From: Tetramitus jugosus
Taxonomy: Eukaryota > Protista > Heterolobosea
DNA: 64,000 bases
Reading direction: 5' to 3'
Assembly (NCBI GenBank): GCA_937625935.1
Contig: OW569348.1
Span: forward strand, 434,001-498,000
Shown: positions 53,821 through 64,000 of the stretch, in pieces
How the letters are laid out: the number at the start of each line of letters is the position of its first letter
How positions within the stretch are numbered: position 1 is the stretch's first letter
The notes under the pieces: generated by a model
The model's database searches: none
Told to the model about the DNA's origin: nothing
What the model saw: the letters and a program-made list of their open reading frames with translations, nothing else
Position numbers and translations under genes: made by a program

Positions 53821-56091
53821 ATGTCCTCCTCCTCCTCCTCATCGTCATCATCCATGTTTATTGACTGGCACACCGCCATCAAAAACAAAAACAACATTAC
53901 TCTTCTCAATCAATTCCGTTCCTTTGTCGAATCTCACTTGTTTAACAAAAAGTCAAGTCATGGTGATGATAATGACGATACTAATTCATCAGCTCAATTG
54001 ATTCCACCTGCACTTCAATTCTCCTTCTTCCGTTATCTGTTGTCCTCGATTCAGAAACATCCATCTTCACTGTCAATGAATTCGAGTGCAACACAACAGC
54101 AGCAGCAGAACACTACTCCCATCTCTACTCCCACGTTTGATTCCATTGATTGGTCCTCTACTTCTCTTCTCTTTTCAAACGAAGAAGAAAATCAGAGATT
54201 GAACTCTGATGTGGAACAGCAGTACAAGGACAACTTTTTGTCGCAACAGCAGAGAGAATGGACGTGTCAAGTCATTGTTTATCTGTGTCAAAAGTTTGAG
54301 CGACCTTATAAGCGAGATTTGTTGTTGTTGTTGAGTCCATTGATTCGTGCTTGTGTTGAGCAAGAACAAGAACAACAGGAAGATTTTAGAACTGATCTCT
54401 ATTATGCTGCACGTGATTGGTTGAACTCATGTGCACCGTTTCTATGGTATCAAGACAGCAGCCCAATAGCAACAGCAGACACAGCTACAACAACGAGTGA
54501 TGATTTAAAAATTCAATTCTCGTGCTTTACAAAGCTGTTTCGATTTGTGCTGCAGTACCACGATCCCGAACTCTCTGTTCACTTTGATAAGCACAGAAAA
54601 TTACCAGAGGATTATATTTTGCCATGGTTGAACACATTGTTTGTTCGATTGTTGTTGCCCAGAGAGTCCCCCACAACGTCGTTGCCAACAACAGATTCAC
54701 TCGCGATGCAATTGTGGATCTTGTTGTTGTCTCATTGGAACAATCCATTGTTCGTTTGCTTTTTTGGAATGGCACTGTTGAGAGTCAACCGATCAAAGTT
54801 GTTGGAGCACACGGAGGATTTGAATATGGAAGCCATTAGTAGCATTCTGTCCTCGTCTATACTATTATTGGATAATAACAGTGCTGCAGATGAATTATCA
54901 TGTGCAACAAAGTTGCGACAAGTGTATGAAGAGGCCATTCAGTTGGATGCTCAAACACCATTCTCTGCCAAATATCAATTCTTTACAATTATGCATCCGA
55001 CCAACATCTCCAATATTCGACTCTTTAACGATGTGTTATCTGAGAGTGTAGTTCTGCCTGTGCCAACAAGCGATGTTGTAGAAGGATTCAAGAAGAAACC
55101 ATCGAGAAAGACAGGAGCCAACAGAGCATTCCGTTACATTATCATTGACTGTAGATCGATGAAATCATTCCGATTTGCGAGATTGCCCACTGCAGTTCAC
55201 ATTGGTGATCACGTAGGATATGACAAGCAGAAGATGCAGGCAATATTGAGTCGATTTGAGTCGGCCAAGGGCAGTCACTTTACCATATTCGGAACAGGGA
55301 GGGGATTGGGAGAAGAGGAGAATCTACTCAAGGTGATTGCCATGCGATTCATTGCGCAAAACTTTGAACATATTAGCGTTACATTAGGTGGATTTAAAGA
55401 AACGATAAAGTATATATCAAAGGATGAAATTGAGTACGTCAGAGATGAGGTACGCACTGCAAAGGAGCCATCGAATCATCCAGAGGAGTCCACTGCGGAG
55501 CATATTGCCTCGAGAATGCAAAACTTGCTCTCGTGGGGCAAACAGGTCGCCACAGAATACATGGAAGGAGATAAAGTAGAGAATGATGATGGAACTTCCA
55601 AAGTGAGTCAATTCTCTTCGAGACCAGCTTTCACTCTGGATGATGACGAATTCGAAGACGCATATGACGATTGGCAAATGGAGGAACAAGATGAAGAAGT
55701 CAAAGAAAAGGTGATAAAGTTGCAAGACTTGAAAAAGCTGGATGACAGTGTGATCATTTTCTCTGCAGAAACTGATCCAGCAAGCAGCAACAAGAAATCA
55801 GCAATCGTACCTGCAGAGAAGCGATACATTGCAATTGGACCAAATTTCATCCTGAGTATTAAGCCTCATCCTACCATGCTTGGTTGCGGTATTATTCTCT
55901 GGGAGAGAACTCTGAGACAACTGACCAAGATATCCTATCGCAAGGAAAAACCTAATCGTCTCACATTTGACCTCAAAGCAAACAACAGTGGAACGAGTAG
56001 CTCTATCCACGATGTGTACATTATCACTCAGCATTCTGAGTGTATCAAGCAACTCCAGCAAAATATCTCTGCTCTCAAATCATCCCCATGA
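53821..56091 (+). CDS. TBC1D23: TBC1D23-like protein (TBC, rhodanese-like, C-terminal PH-like domain)
   Basis: LFRFVLQYHDPELS.H.D..Y..PW..TLF (TBC), IIDCRS..F...LPTA.H (rhodanese), acidic aromatic linker and beta-rich C-terminus. Confidence 0.8.
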   Translation: MSSSSSSSSSSMFIDWHTAIKNKNNITLLNQFRSFVESHLFNKKSSHGDDNDDTNSSAQLIPPALQFSFFRYLLSSIQKHPSSLSMNSSATQQQQQNTTPISTPTFDSIDWSSTSLLFSNEEENQRLNSDVEQQYKDNFLSQQQREWTCQVIVYLCQKFERPYKRDLLLLLSPLIRACVEQEQEQQEDFRTDLYYAARDWLNSCAPFLWYQDSSPIATADTATTTSDDLKIQFSCFTKLFRFVLQYHDPELSVHFDKHRKLPEDYILPWLNTLFVRLLLPRESPTTSLPTTDSLAMQLWILLLSHWNNPLFVCFFGMALLRVNRSKLLEHTEDLNMEAISSILSSSILLLDNNSAADELSCATKLRQVYEEAIQLDAQTPFSAKYQFFTIMHPTNISNIRLFNDVLSESVVLPVPTSDVVEGFKKKPSRKTGANRAFRYIIIDCRSMKSFRFARLPTAVHIGDHVGYDKQKMQAILSRFESAKGSHFTIFGTGRGLGEEENLLKVIAMRFIAQNFEHISVTLGGFKETIKYISKDEIEYVRDEVRTAKEPSNHPEESTAEHIASRMQNLLSWGKQVATEYMEGDKVENDDGTSKVSQFSSRPAFTLDDDEFEDAYDDWQMEEQDEEVKEKVIKLQDLKKLDDSVIIFSAETDPASSNKKSAIVPAEKRYIAIGPNFILSIKPHPTMLGCGIILWERTLRQLTKISYRKEKPNRLTFDLKANNSGTSSSIHDVYIITQHSECIKQLQQNISALKSSP

Positions 56092-56304
56092 AGATTCAAA
56101 TTCTGCGTCGCGCAGTTTGTAAAAAAACTCTGCAACCTTTTACAGTTACCTTGTTCTCATGTTCCGCACTCCGCACACCACCCCCAAACCAGGATGCTCT
56201 CAACAGTCACACACAAAAAAATTGACCAGTGAACATCAAAACATCATTTTCAGAATCATATCATAGTCAATAATTTCAGATATCACACACAACAAACGAC
56301 AACA

Positions 56305-57804
56305 ATGATTCACCATCACAACAACAACAACAACAGTCCCAACAATCCAACATCTCCCACTCACACCTCCAACAATCATCATCGACAGGATGATGATCAT
56401 TTCAACACCAACAATACAATAATCATGAACAACAACAACAACAACAACCATACAACAACTAACAAATTCACATGGCTTGACTTTAAAGAGACACTAAGCA
56501 CCAACAGAGTCAAAATTCTCTCCTTTTTACAATGTGTCCTAGGCATCTACATCTCATTCATCATTCTATCACTGTACCAGGAGAGAATCTCCAAAAAAAT
56601 TTATCCAAAAACAACTATGCACACACGACTCATGAATCAACTGCCTGTTGATGAAGTTCACGAACACACGAGTGTCCACACCAAAGAAGAAGACATGTTT
56701 CGTTATGCGATATTCATTGTGTTTCTCACTTGTCTGGTCAACACACTATTTTCCTATGTGAGAATGCGAATCTATTTTCCTAGGTTGATGGAGAGTGGAT
56801 TGCCTGCGACTTCACTCTCTCATTCCATCAAGTTTATCTTGGCTAGTGTCTGTTTTGTTTGTGGAACGATATTTTCTCATGGTGCGTTGAATTATGTGTC
56901 CTATCCGACTCAAGTACTCACAAAATCATGCAAGTTGATACCTGTGATGGTCAGTACGATTGTTGTGGCGAGAAAGACGTATCGAACGAGTCGTTATGTC
57001 GTTGTGATGCTCATATCGGTCGGTGTCTCTGTTTTTATGATTGATCGGATGAAGCATAATGAGATTTTGCATGCGGTGGGTGGTGCTGCGGCTGTTGGTG
57101 CTGTTGGTGGTGGCAGTGGTGCTGTTGGTGATGCCATGAGTCATTCAACGACACACTTGAGCAATAATCATTTGTTTTTGACGAGAGAGGAAGGCAATGC
57201 CTATGAGCATTCCATGTTTCGCACCGGTATTATTCTGCTGTTGCTATCGTTGGTTATGGACGGATTGACCAATGGTGTTCAAACCATTATTTACAATGAT
57301 AACAATCGAGTGAAGAAGCGCAGAAATATGGAATCAGAATCGGACACGTTCATGTTGAACATTAATCTTTATGCTACTGTGATTAGTGCGATTATTTGTA
57401 TCGTGTATGAGTCCGAAATGTTGTTGTCCATCAAGTTTATTCTGTCTCATCGAGAGATTTTGTGGGATTTGAGTGTGTTGTGCACATGTATGGCATTTGG
57501 TCAAATGTTTATATTCAGAACGATTACAAACTATGGTCCATTGGTGTGCAGCATGTTGACCACAACGAGAAAGTTCTTTACCATTTTATTTTCTGTCATG
57601 GTATTTAGACATGAGTTGACTAGGTTACAGTGGTTAGGTATAGCGATCGTTTTTGGAGCTCTATTGTTTGATATATATGAGACGTTGAAGGTTACTCACG
57701 AGAATGATATAAAGGATGCAGCAGGTGGTCACCAACAAGACGAGGTGGAAGTAGAGTCCAGCGCAACATCTCTCAAAATTCATGTTCGATCACACTCGCT
57801 CTAA
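56305..57804 (+). CDS. UAA-family nucleotide-sugar/nucleotide transporter (SLC35B1/HUT1-like)
   Basis: ALNYVSYPTQVLTKSCKLIPVM, SLVMDGLTNGVQ, GQMFIF, TTTRKFFTILFSV. Confidence 0.92.
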   Translation: MIHHHNNNNNSPNNPTSPTHTSNNHHRQDDDHFNTNNTIIMNNNNNNNHTTTNKFTWLDFKETLSTNRVKILSFLQCVLGIYISFIILSLYQERISKKIYPKTTMHTRLMNQLPVDEVHEHTSVHTKEEDMFRYAIFIVFLTCLVNTLFSYVRMRIYFPRLMESGLPATSLSHSIKFILASVCFVCGTIFSHGALNYVSYPTQVLTKSCKLIPVMVSTIVVARKTYRTSRYVVVMLISVGVSVFMIDRMKHNEILHAVGGAAAVGAVGGGSGAVGDAMSHSTTHLSNNHLFLTREEGNAYEHSMFRTGIILLLLSLVMDGLTNGVQTIIYNDNNRVKKRRNMESESDTFMLNINLYATVISAIICIVYESEMLLSIKFILSHREILWDLSVLCTCMAFGQMFIFRTITNYGPLVCSMLTTTRKFFTILFSVMVFRHELTRLQWLGIAIVFGALLFDIYETLKVTHENDIKDAAGGHQQDEVEVESSATSLKIHVRSHSL

Positions 57805-57840
57805 TGATTAGATTCAGTGTGTGAGTCCAGCTGTAGTTGT

Positions 57841-58660
57841 TTATTTTCGAACAACAAACGGCTCTCCGAACCGAACGGCCTTGCTGTCATCCTCATATTC
57901 ATCATTATCGTCATCCAAATAAACACGATCATCTCCATTAGGAAAACGAGCACTGCTATTATTCTTACCATCAACAACACGTTCCTCTCCAAAACTTAGC
58001 TGCCGTGATATTCCATGCCTAAGCGATTCCATGTCATTTCGTTGTTTATGTATCCGCAGAATTGGATTGCTCGTGGGTTGTTGTTTGTTGCTCCGGTCAT
58101 CGATCTTTGTTCTTTGGATTGGAGCACGACGATGAGATGACTCAGACTCTTCTGTGAATGCCGGTGGGAATAGCCGTTCTTGAGGTTGAACGTTGCTGTC
58201 TGGTAGCATTGTATTCGCTCTTTGTCTTTGCTCCTTGATTTGCTTGAGTGAGGAAACAGCGGTAAACAATAGAGGTCTGAAGATAGTCAGTAAGCATTGA
58301 ATCGGTGTGAAGAATAATCAGTAATCGGACATACAATGTTTGTTCTTTGGGTCGCATATTCTGAAGTCCTAGCTCGCTGACTAGAAATCTTCTCTCGAGG
58401 GGTTCCTGAGGCTGTCCACTCTCTTGCAAGAACACGCTCAATGCATTCCCGTAACCACACCACTCAAAATAGTCTCTAATGAGCTCATTGATTACAAGCT
58501 GTTGTCCAGTTATGGGAGGTCTCCGGCTCTTGACCTCTTCATCTTCACCCTCTTCGAAAGCTTTGTAGATTTCAGCTCGTAAACTGGCCTTGATCTTGTT
58601 CAGAACTCCTCTCTGCTCTAGATTCAACTTCAGGACATCTTTTAGTTGTTCGACTGACAT
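57841..58660 (-). CDS. FOP-family LisH centrosomal protein (CEP20/FOR20-like); exons 58660-58335 and 58276-57841
   Basis: LKD.L...LE.RGVL.KIKA.LRAE, INELIRDY..W.GY...LSVF.QESGQP; splicing restores LPLLF. Confidence 0.82.
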
Positions 58661-58853
58661 TTGTGTTGATCAATAATAACCGGTCTCGATAACTGATAGA
58701 AATTTGAACAACTCGCGCCAAATTCTCTCCCGCGAAAGCTCGTAGTTCGGAAACTAGTTCTCAACGGCGGCAAACTATGACCGGTCAGTGATTGCTTCAT
58801 TGTATTAACAACGCCACTACTTGTGCAAGAAAGAGTAAAATGTATATTGGATA

Positions 58854-59810
58854 TCAATCATAGGTTGTGAATACATGTTGATCATCGTCATTGTCCGATG
58901 CGTGTGAATCATTACTTTGAACGAGATACTGTGCCCATCGACCACCAGATGACGATGACGAGGTATTGTTTGTCTCTGACCTATTGCTTGTATTTCGATT
59001 CACTGTTGGTGTGTTGGACCGTGCATTTACTCTGTTTCTTGAAGAGAGGTTCGTCTCATCTGCTTCCTCGTAGTTCGAGTGTCTGCTGCTCTGCTTAATA
59101 TTTCTTCCTTGTCTTGTTCTTTCTCTGTCCTCTTCTTCATCTTGATAGTCTGATGCAGTGTTCGATGGTACTGCTCTCCTTGCTCTCTTATTATATGTTG
59201 GTGCATCGTTGTACTCATTCACGTGATATTCATCTGCATCCACGCTTTCCTCATTGGAATTATGATGATTCGTTCTCTTTCTTCCGTACCGATTAGATCT
59301 CGATTCACCTTGATCACTCGATTCACCTACCAATCTCTTCCTCTTTCTTGTCTTGTTCTTGAACATATCATCTGGAATAACAGTCACTACTTGTATTGAA
59401 TCATCGACATCACTACTTTGGTCGTTCCTCGAAACCCTATCTGATGATGATTCCTCATTATCATTATCGTCCATATATTTACCCCATTTGTTCTGAGCTT
59501 CAGCTTGTAGATGCACATGAGATGCGGATGACGATGATGAACCCAGGTAGTCATCTTCATTATCATGATCGTCATCATAGGAAGATTGAGGCTGAGGCAT
59601 CGATTTCAGTTCTTCTTCTAACGTTCCTCTCTTCATATTCAAACTTTGAACAATTGGTCGAATGAGAGCAGCCTTTGAATCAGTGGCATAGACTTTGATG
59701 ACTGATTGTTTGCTTCCACATGTCTTGCAACTCCATTTCTTATCTTTTCGTACTTGTTGTACCTGAAACATGTGACAATTGAAACAATTGACTGCGATAA
59801 ACTCTGGCAT
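58854..59810 (-). CDS. MRNIP: MRN complex-interacting protein (UPF0544) with N-terminal zinc ribbon
   Basis: CFNCHMFQVQQVRKDKKWSCKTCGSKQS...VQSLN, then KWGKY and RWAQY motifs in a disordered tail. Confidence 0.85.
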   Translation of the reverse strand: MPEFIAVNCFNCHMFQVQQVRKDKKWSCKTCGSKQSVIKVYATDSKAALIRPIVQSLNMKRGTLEEELKSMPQPQSSYDDDHDNEDDYLGSSSSSASHVHLQAEAQNKWGKYMDDNDNEESSSDRVSRNDQSSDVDDSIQVVTVIPDDMFKNKTRKRKRLVGESSDQGESRSNRYGRKRTNHHNSNEESVDADEYHVNEYNDAPTYNKRARRAVPSNTASDYQDEEEDRERTRQGRNIKQSSRHSNYEEADETNLSSRNRVNARSNTPTVNRNTSNRSETNNTSSSSSGGRWAQYLVQSNDSHASDNDDDQHVFTTYD

Positions 59811-59983
59811 GGTGGAACGCTTACTGCTTCTGTGTTTGTTGTGGATCCTTCTTCCACCAAGGACTGGAAGTGAGTTTGCCGATTACAACGAGATCTTTTC
59901 TCCGGTCATATTTTCTCCTCTGTCGCAACAACAAAAAAATCCATTTTTCATCAAGCAAGTAACAATTGACGCCATCACCAAAC

Positions 59984-60691
59984 ATGAGTAACAAACCTGA
60001 GATTTGCGCAGAAGAAATCAGAGTTGCCCCAAACCCAAACTCTAATGTCATCAGAACCCCATTGAGCGCCTTTGGAAGATATCAACTTGAAAAACAATTT
60101 AACCAACAAGTTCCAGAGTACAGAAATGTTGGTAGCATGAAGCACAATGTGATGCTTGGATCCTATGCATTGTCTGCAGTTTCTGCAGTTGGCCTCGCCA
60201 TCGGTGCTACTCAGAGGTATGTCTCTCAGAAAAATTTGTTTGTTTTTACATGTGAATGAACAAGAGTAAATTGACTGACACTTGTAATCTCATTTCTTTC
60301 ATAATGATCAAATGACGATGATGATGACGAACAATAATTGTTGTAATTACGTACCAAATGGAAACCAATCAATCAATACTACCCACTCATAAACATCGAC
60401 ATGAATAATAATGATGAATAATAATAATACCAAATGAAATGTAGATCTTATCGTCCACTTGCTGGTATTGTTGCTGGTGGTATTGCATTCGTCTTCACCA
60501 AGGCCCTCTCTCAAAACGCATTCTACTTCCCTGGATTTAAGAATGAATTGCAATTGAGAGAATACAATCGTGCTTTCAATGTGTGGTTGTTCTACAAGGA
60601 ACAAAACGAAACTGCTAACTTGCCAGTGCGCTCAATGGAAAAGAGATATCAACAAAAATTAGCTGTGTTCAAGCAGACCAATCAACTCTGA
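59984..60691 (+). CDS. Hypothetical 159-aa membrane protein; exons 59984-60216 and 60445-60691
   Basis: A GTATGT...TAG intron joins two ORFs in frame (480 nt); two Gly/Ala-rich hydrophobic helices. Confidence 0.7.
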
Positions 60692-60974
60692 GCAACAAGT
60701 GTAGTGTTTTTTTAATTTTATGGAACCCCATCCACGTATTCCATTTGACACTTACTACTGCTGCTACTAGTCTATCCACACATACATATATGTGCATTCG
60801 TCGTCATCATCACATGACTATTATCACTACTACTACTACGATCATCACTAGTCAACCATAAGATTCATAAGTGATGAAAGAGGGAAATTTAACAGCTAAT
60901 GTGTGCTCGACAATGTCATATATATACATATCTATATCCATACCACTCACACACACACAAAACAAACGATACTA

Positions 60975-61502
60975 TCAAAAGAGAAATATTTGAAAATAAA
61001 GGAAACCCATTTCTGTATTTACAAGTTGAGCAAACTTTTCAGTCGCTGGTCCCGGCAGTGGCAACAAATTCTCCAATCTGTTCGTGAAGAACTCTGATGT
61101 GTTAAACAATTCACGCAACTGTGAAGGAGTAGTCATTACCAAGTGTCCCTCCCGATCCAAAACTTCTGCCAATTCTTTCTGATGATTGTCCATGAGTGAC
61201 TCATTCACAACAGCAACAACCTTCTTGCCCATTTTGAGTGCTTCGAACAATGATCCGGCACCTGCGTGACTAACAATGATATCAGCACGTTCCATCTCCT
61301 CTGATATCGTCGGTTTCAATCGAAAGAAATTTACTTTTGGTTTCGTGTGTTGGATCACTGGTTCAAAAGTGCCGTGTCCAATCTGAAGCACAATGCTTCG
61401 CACACCACCATTGTGCATCATACTATCCATGACTACGACATCAGTCATGCCTTGAATCAGTGCGTTGAATTCGGTTGTACCTACAGTGACAAAGACGCGC
61501 AT
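60975..61502 (-). CDS. ALG13: UDP-N-acetylglucosamine transferase subunit ALG13
   Basis: VFVTVGTTEF, LQIGHG, ADIIVSHAGAGS, VVNESLMDNHQ.ELA. The exact 3' end could involve an unseen intron. Confidence 0.92.
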   Translation of the reverse strand: MRVFVTVGTTEFNALIQGMTDVVVMDSMMHNGGVRSIVLQIGHGTFEPVIQHTKPKVNFFRLKPTISEEMERADIIVSHAGAGSLFEALKMGKKVVAVVNESLMDNHQKELAEVLDREGHLVMTTPSQLRELFNTSEFFTNRLENLLPLPGPATEKFAQLVNTEMGFLYFQIFLF

Positions 61503-61699
61503 GACTGCTGGTTGCTCTTTTTGAAGTTGGATTAATTTCTGGCGCCTTGATTTCGGGGAAAAAAAGCAAGTTGTAAAGTTTGATCGGTACCTGGATGTTC
61601 CAGGAACAAGAGTTCTTGATGAGGCCGCCACAAACATTGGAGGAAGAAAAAAAGCAAAAAAAAGCAGAGAAACCAACCAACAACCAAACAATAATCATC

Positions 61700-63039
61700 A
61701 TGTCATCCCTAGCTTCCATTGCATCCTCATCCGGTTCACAACAAGACAAGATTGAGGCATACAACAAGTTTGTTGATCAACAAGTTGCCGACAGCAATGT
61801 TGAATCATTGATTGAATTTGTAAAGCACAGTACGTTTTTTTTTCTCTCTCTGAGATGGCTGTCTCAACACAATATTGAAGCTTACACCACCACAATTTAT
61901 CATGTCATATCTGTTATTTTGTTGTGATCACTGTTTTTGTCCATTTCATTCATATGTGTCATCTCCTTCTTAAAATGATGATGATGACAACTACTACAGT
62001 CACCGATCAAAACATACCTGCACTTGTTTCTAGACCTAGTCTAGAGCATTTTGCCAAAGCAATCCATGAATTGCCCAACGAACAAAAGATTCAAGTGTCA
62101 AAGAAGGCTCTCGAAATTATTCAATCCTTTTCCACGTTCACCGAGAGCAATGTGACCATTCGTAGAAACTTGGCAGAGGCCATCCGTAGTCACACTGGTA
62201 ATTTCAAGGAAGCAGCCAACATTCTCTCTCAAATCAATTTTGACTCACTGTTGCAGAGCAATAAATTGGTGGGAACTGAGGCATTGTTGGATGTGGCACA
62301 GTCCTATTTGGGAGCAAGTGAGTCTGGTTTGGCAGAGTCCTACGTGAACAAGGCTGCTCAGTTCATTGACGAGATTGATGACAATGATGTCAGGATTCTG
62401 TTCCTGTACTGCTTTGCTACACTGTCCGATTACAAGAGAAAGTTTTTGGATGCATCGAGACGATACTATGAATTGTCGCACCGTGTGATCGAAGAAGAAC
62501 AAATGGGTGTGTTGACCAGTGCTGCCATTTGTGCCATTTTGACAAATGCAGGTGCACAGAGAGCACGTATGTTGGCCACATTGTTCAAGGATGAGAGAAG
62601 TGTCAACTTGTCCATCTATAAGGCCATGGAGAAGATGTATCTGGGAAGAATTTTGAGACAGGAGGAAGTCAAGTCTGTTGAAGCACTTCTCAAGGAGCAC
62701 CACAAGGCAACCAACGCTGACAACCAAACTGTGCTAGAGGCTGCTGTCATTGAACACAACTTGTTGGCTGCTTCAAAGATTTATACCAACATTTCAATGA
62801 ATCAATTAGGTTCATTGCTTGGTATTTCACCTGAAAAGGCAGAGAAGGTTGCTGCAAAGATGATTTCTGAACAACGTCTCGATGGTTTCATTGATCAGAT
62901 TGATGGTATTTTGACATTTGAGAGCGAAAGTGTTACAATGCAGAATTGGGATCTATCTATTGGTTCTATTTGTCAATTGGTGTCTCAGTTGACCGATAAG
63001 ATGGTGAAGGAGAATCCAAGTTTAGCAGTCAAGAAGTAG
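61700..63039 (+). CDS. CSN4: COP9 signalosome subunit 4; exons 61700-61829 and 62000-63039
   Basis: [62 protein letters not shown]. Confidence 0.95.
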
Positions 63040-63094
63040 AGAGCCTTCAACACACGTGTACAACAAAAAGCATTATAAAAACATATCATCCATA

Positions 63095-64000
63095 TTATAT
63101 TCGATCATCTTCATACGACCGACTCAAGCCATCTTCGTACATGTATTGCGAATCATTGTCAGATGATCGTGCTGAAGTTGAATACTCATCAAAATCATCT
63201 TCATCTGATCTTACTTCCTCGAGCTGTTCTGGAGTGGGGTCATGATTGGAAGGTGGCTTCTGTGATGAGTCGTTGACAGGGAAATCCTCCTCGAATTCAT
63301 CTTCAAAGTTGTGGGAGTCCTGTATTGGGTTATGGGCATGACTATTGAACATGTGTGATTCTGGAGTTCCATCATAAGCTGGATGATTGGATTGATACCT
63401 CATACCTTGTAAGTTTCTTTCAATCAACGATTTCCGGATACTTATCTCTTCTTGAGGAGATTCCAGTGTGTTATGGGGTTCAGGTTTCGGTCGACTGGGT
63501 TGGTCACCTCCAGTTGACCGATCATTGTTCAAGTCAAGTCGAAGAATGGGTTGTTCCTTGGTAGTTACGAGCTCACTTTGGTGTTCTTGGTGCACCTGTT
63601 CTGTTTCTGGCTTCGAGTTTGAATTGGATGATGACTGTGCACTGACAATCTTCGTACTCTCAGGAAGATTGAATGATAGTGTTAGCCTCTTTTGAGGACC
63701 GTCATTCTCGATTGTACATCGAGCAATTGACAGTTTCGACTCCTCTGTTTCTGGATTCTTTCGTGGTAACTCTTCCCTGCAGATATTCTGACCTTCCTTT
63801 GTCCTTGGAGCAGTGGATCGCTTATCTTTGGGTTTCGCTTTAGGTTTCGACAGTGTCCCATCTTTATTCTTCACATATACCTTGCCATTGACAGTGCGAG
63901 TTCCGATGCGTATAGATGATGAGTAGTATCCACTGGTGACCAGTTCGGTATCTCTCCTCGCGACCTTAACTTTCCGCTTCTTTTTCTTCTTCTTGGCAGC
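63095..64000 (-). CDS. Hypothetical low-complexity protein, 5'-partial
   Basis: The frame is open from the window end (AAKKKKKKRKVK...) to the stop at 63095; basic cluster then acidic tail; family not recognised. Confidence 0.6.
   Translation of the reverse strand, partial: AAKKKKKKRKVKVARRDTELVTSGYYSSSIRIGTRTVNGKVYVKNKDGTLSKPKAKPKDKRSTAPRTKEGQNICREELPRKNPETEESKLSIARCTIENDGPQKRLTLSFNLPESTKIVSAQSSSNSNSKPETEQVHQEHQSELVTTKEQPILRLDLNNDRSTGGDQPSRPKPEPHNTLESPQEEISIRKSLIERNLQGMRYQSNHPAYDGTPESHMFNSHAHNPIQDSHNFEDEFEEDFPVNDSSQKPPSNHDPTPEQLEEVRSDEDDFDEYSTSARSSDNDSQYMYEDGLSRSYEDDRI

Overview
Gene-dense eukaryotic (protist) nuclear DNA with about 35 protein genes, short GT-AG introns (mostly GTATGT donors), short intergenic spacers and frequent poly-Q/N/H tracts. 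The style and gene content (mitochondrial HslV, Mei2-like, CFAP119, CEP20) suggest a flagellate-capable protist, possibly heterolobosean; this is inference only. Most genes are housekeeping. Three things stand out. (1) A 5'-truncated, poly(A)-tailed non-LTR retrotransposon with a perfect 17-bp target-site duplication sits head-to-head just upstream of a tRNA-Asp gene, the geometry of Dictyostelium TRE5 elements. (2) A ~1.3-kb gap with no recognisable gene (43165-44490) is densely self-complementary. It holds two diverged copies of a ~120-nt module with many compensatory base-pair changes, plus an antisense copy lacking the 5' arm of each hairpin. This is a candidate undescribed large structured RNA with a built-in conformational switch. 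(3) Several proteins have unusual designs: a secreted bacterial-type SH3b-NlpC/P60 with a dead catalytic site, a macrodomain-like RasGEF, and a ZnF-UBP-BTB-BACK-SPRY protein. All calls were made by eye, without database searches or folding software.
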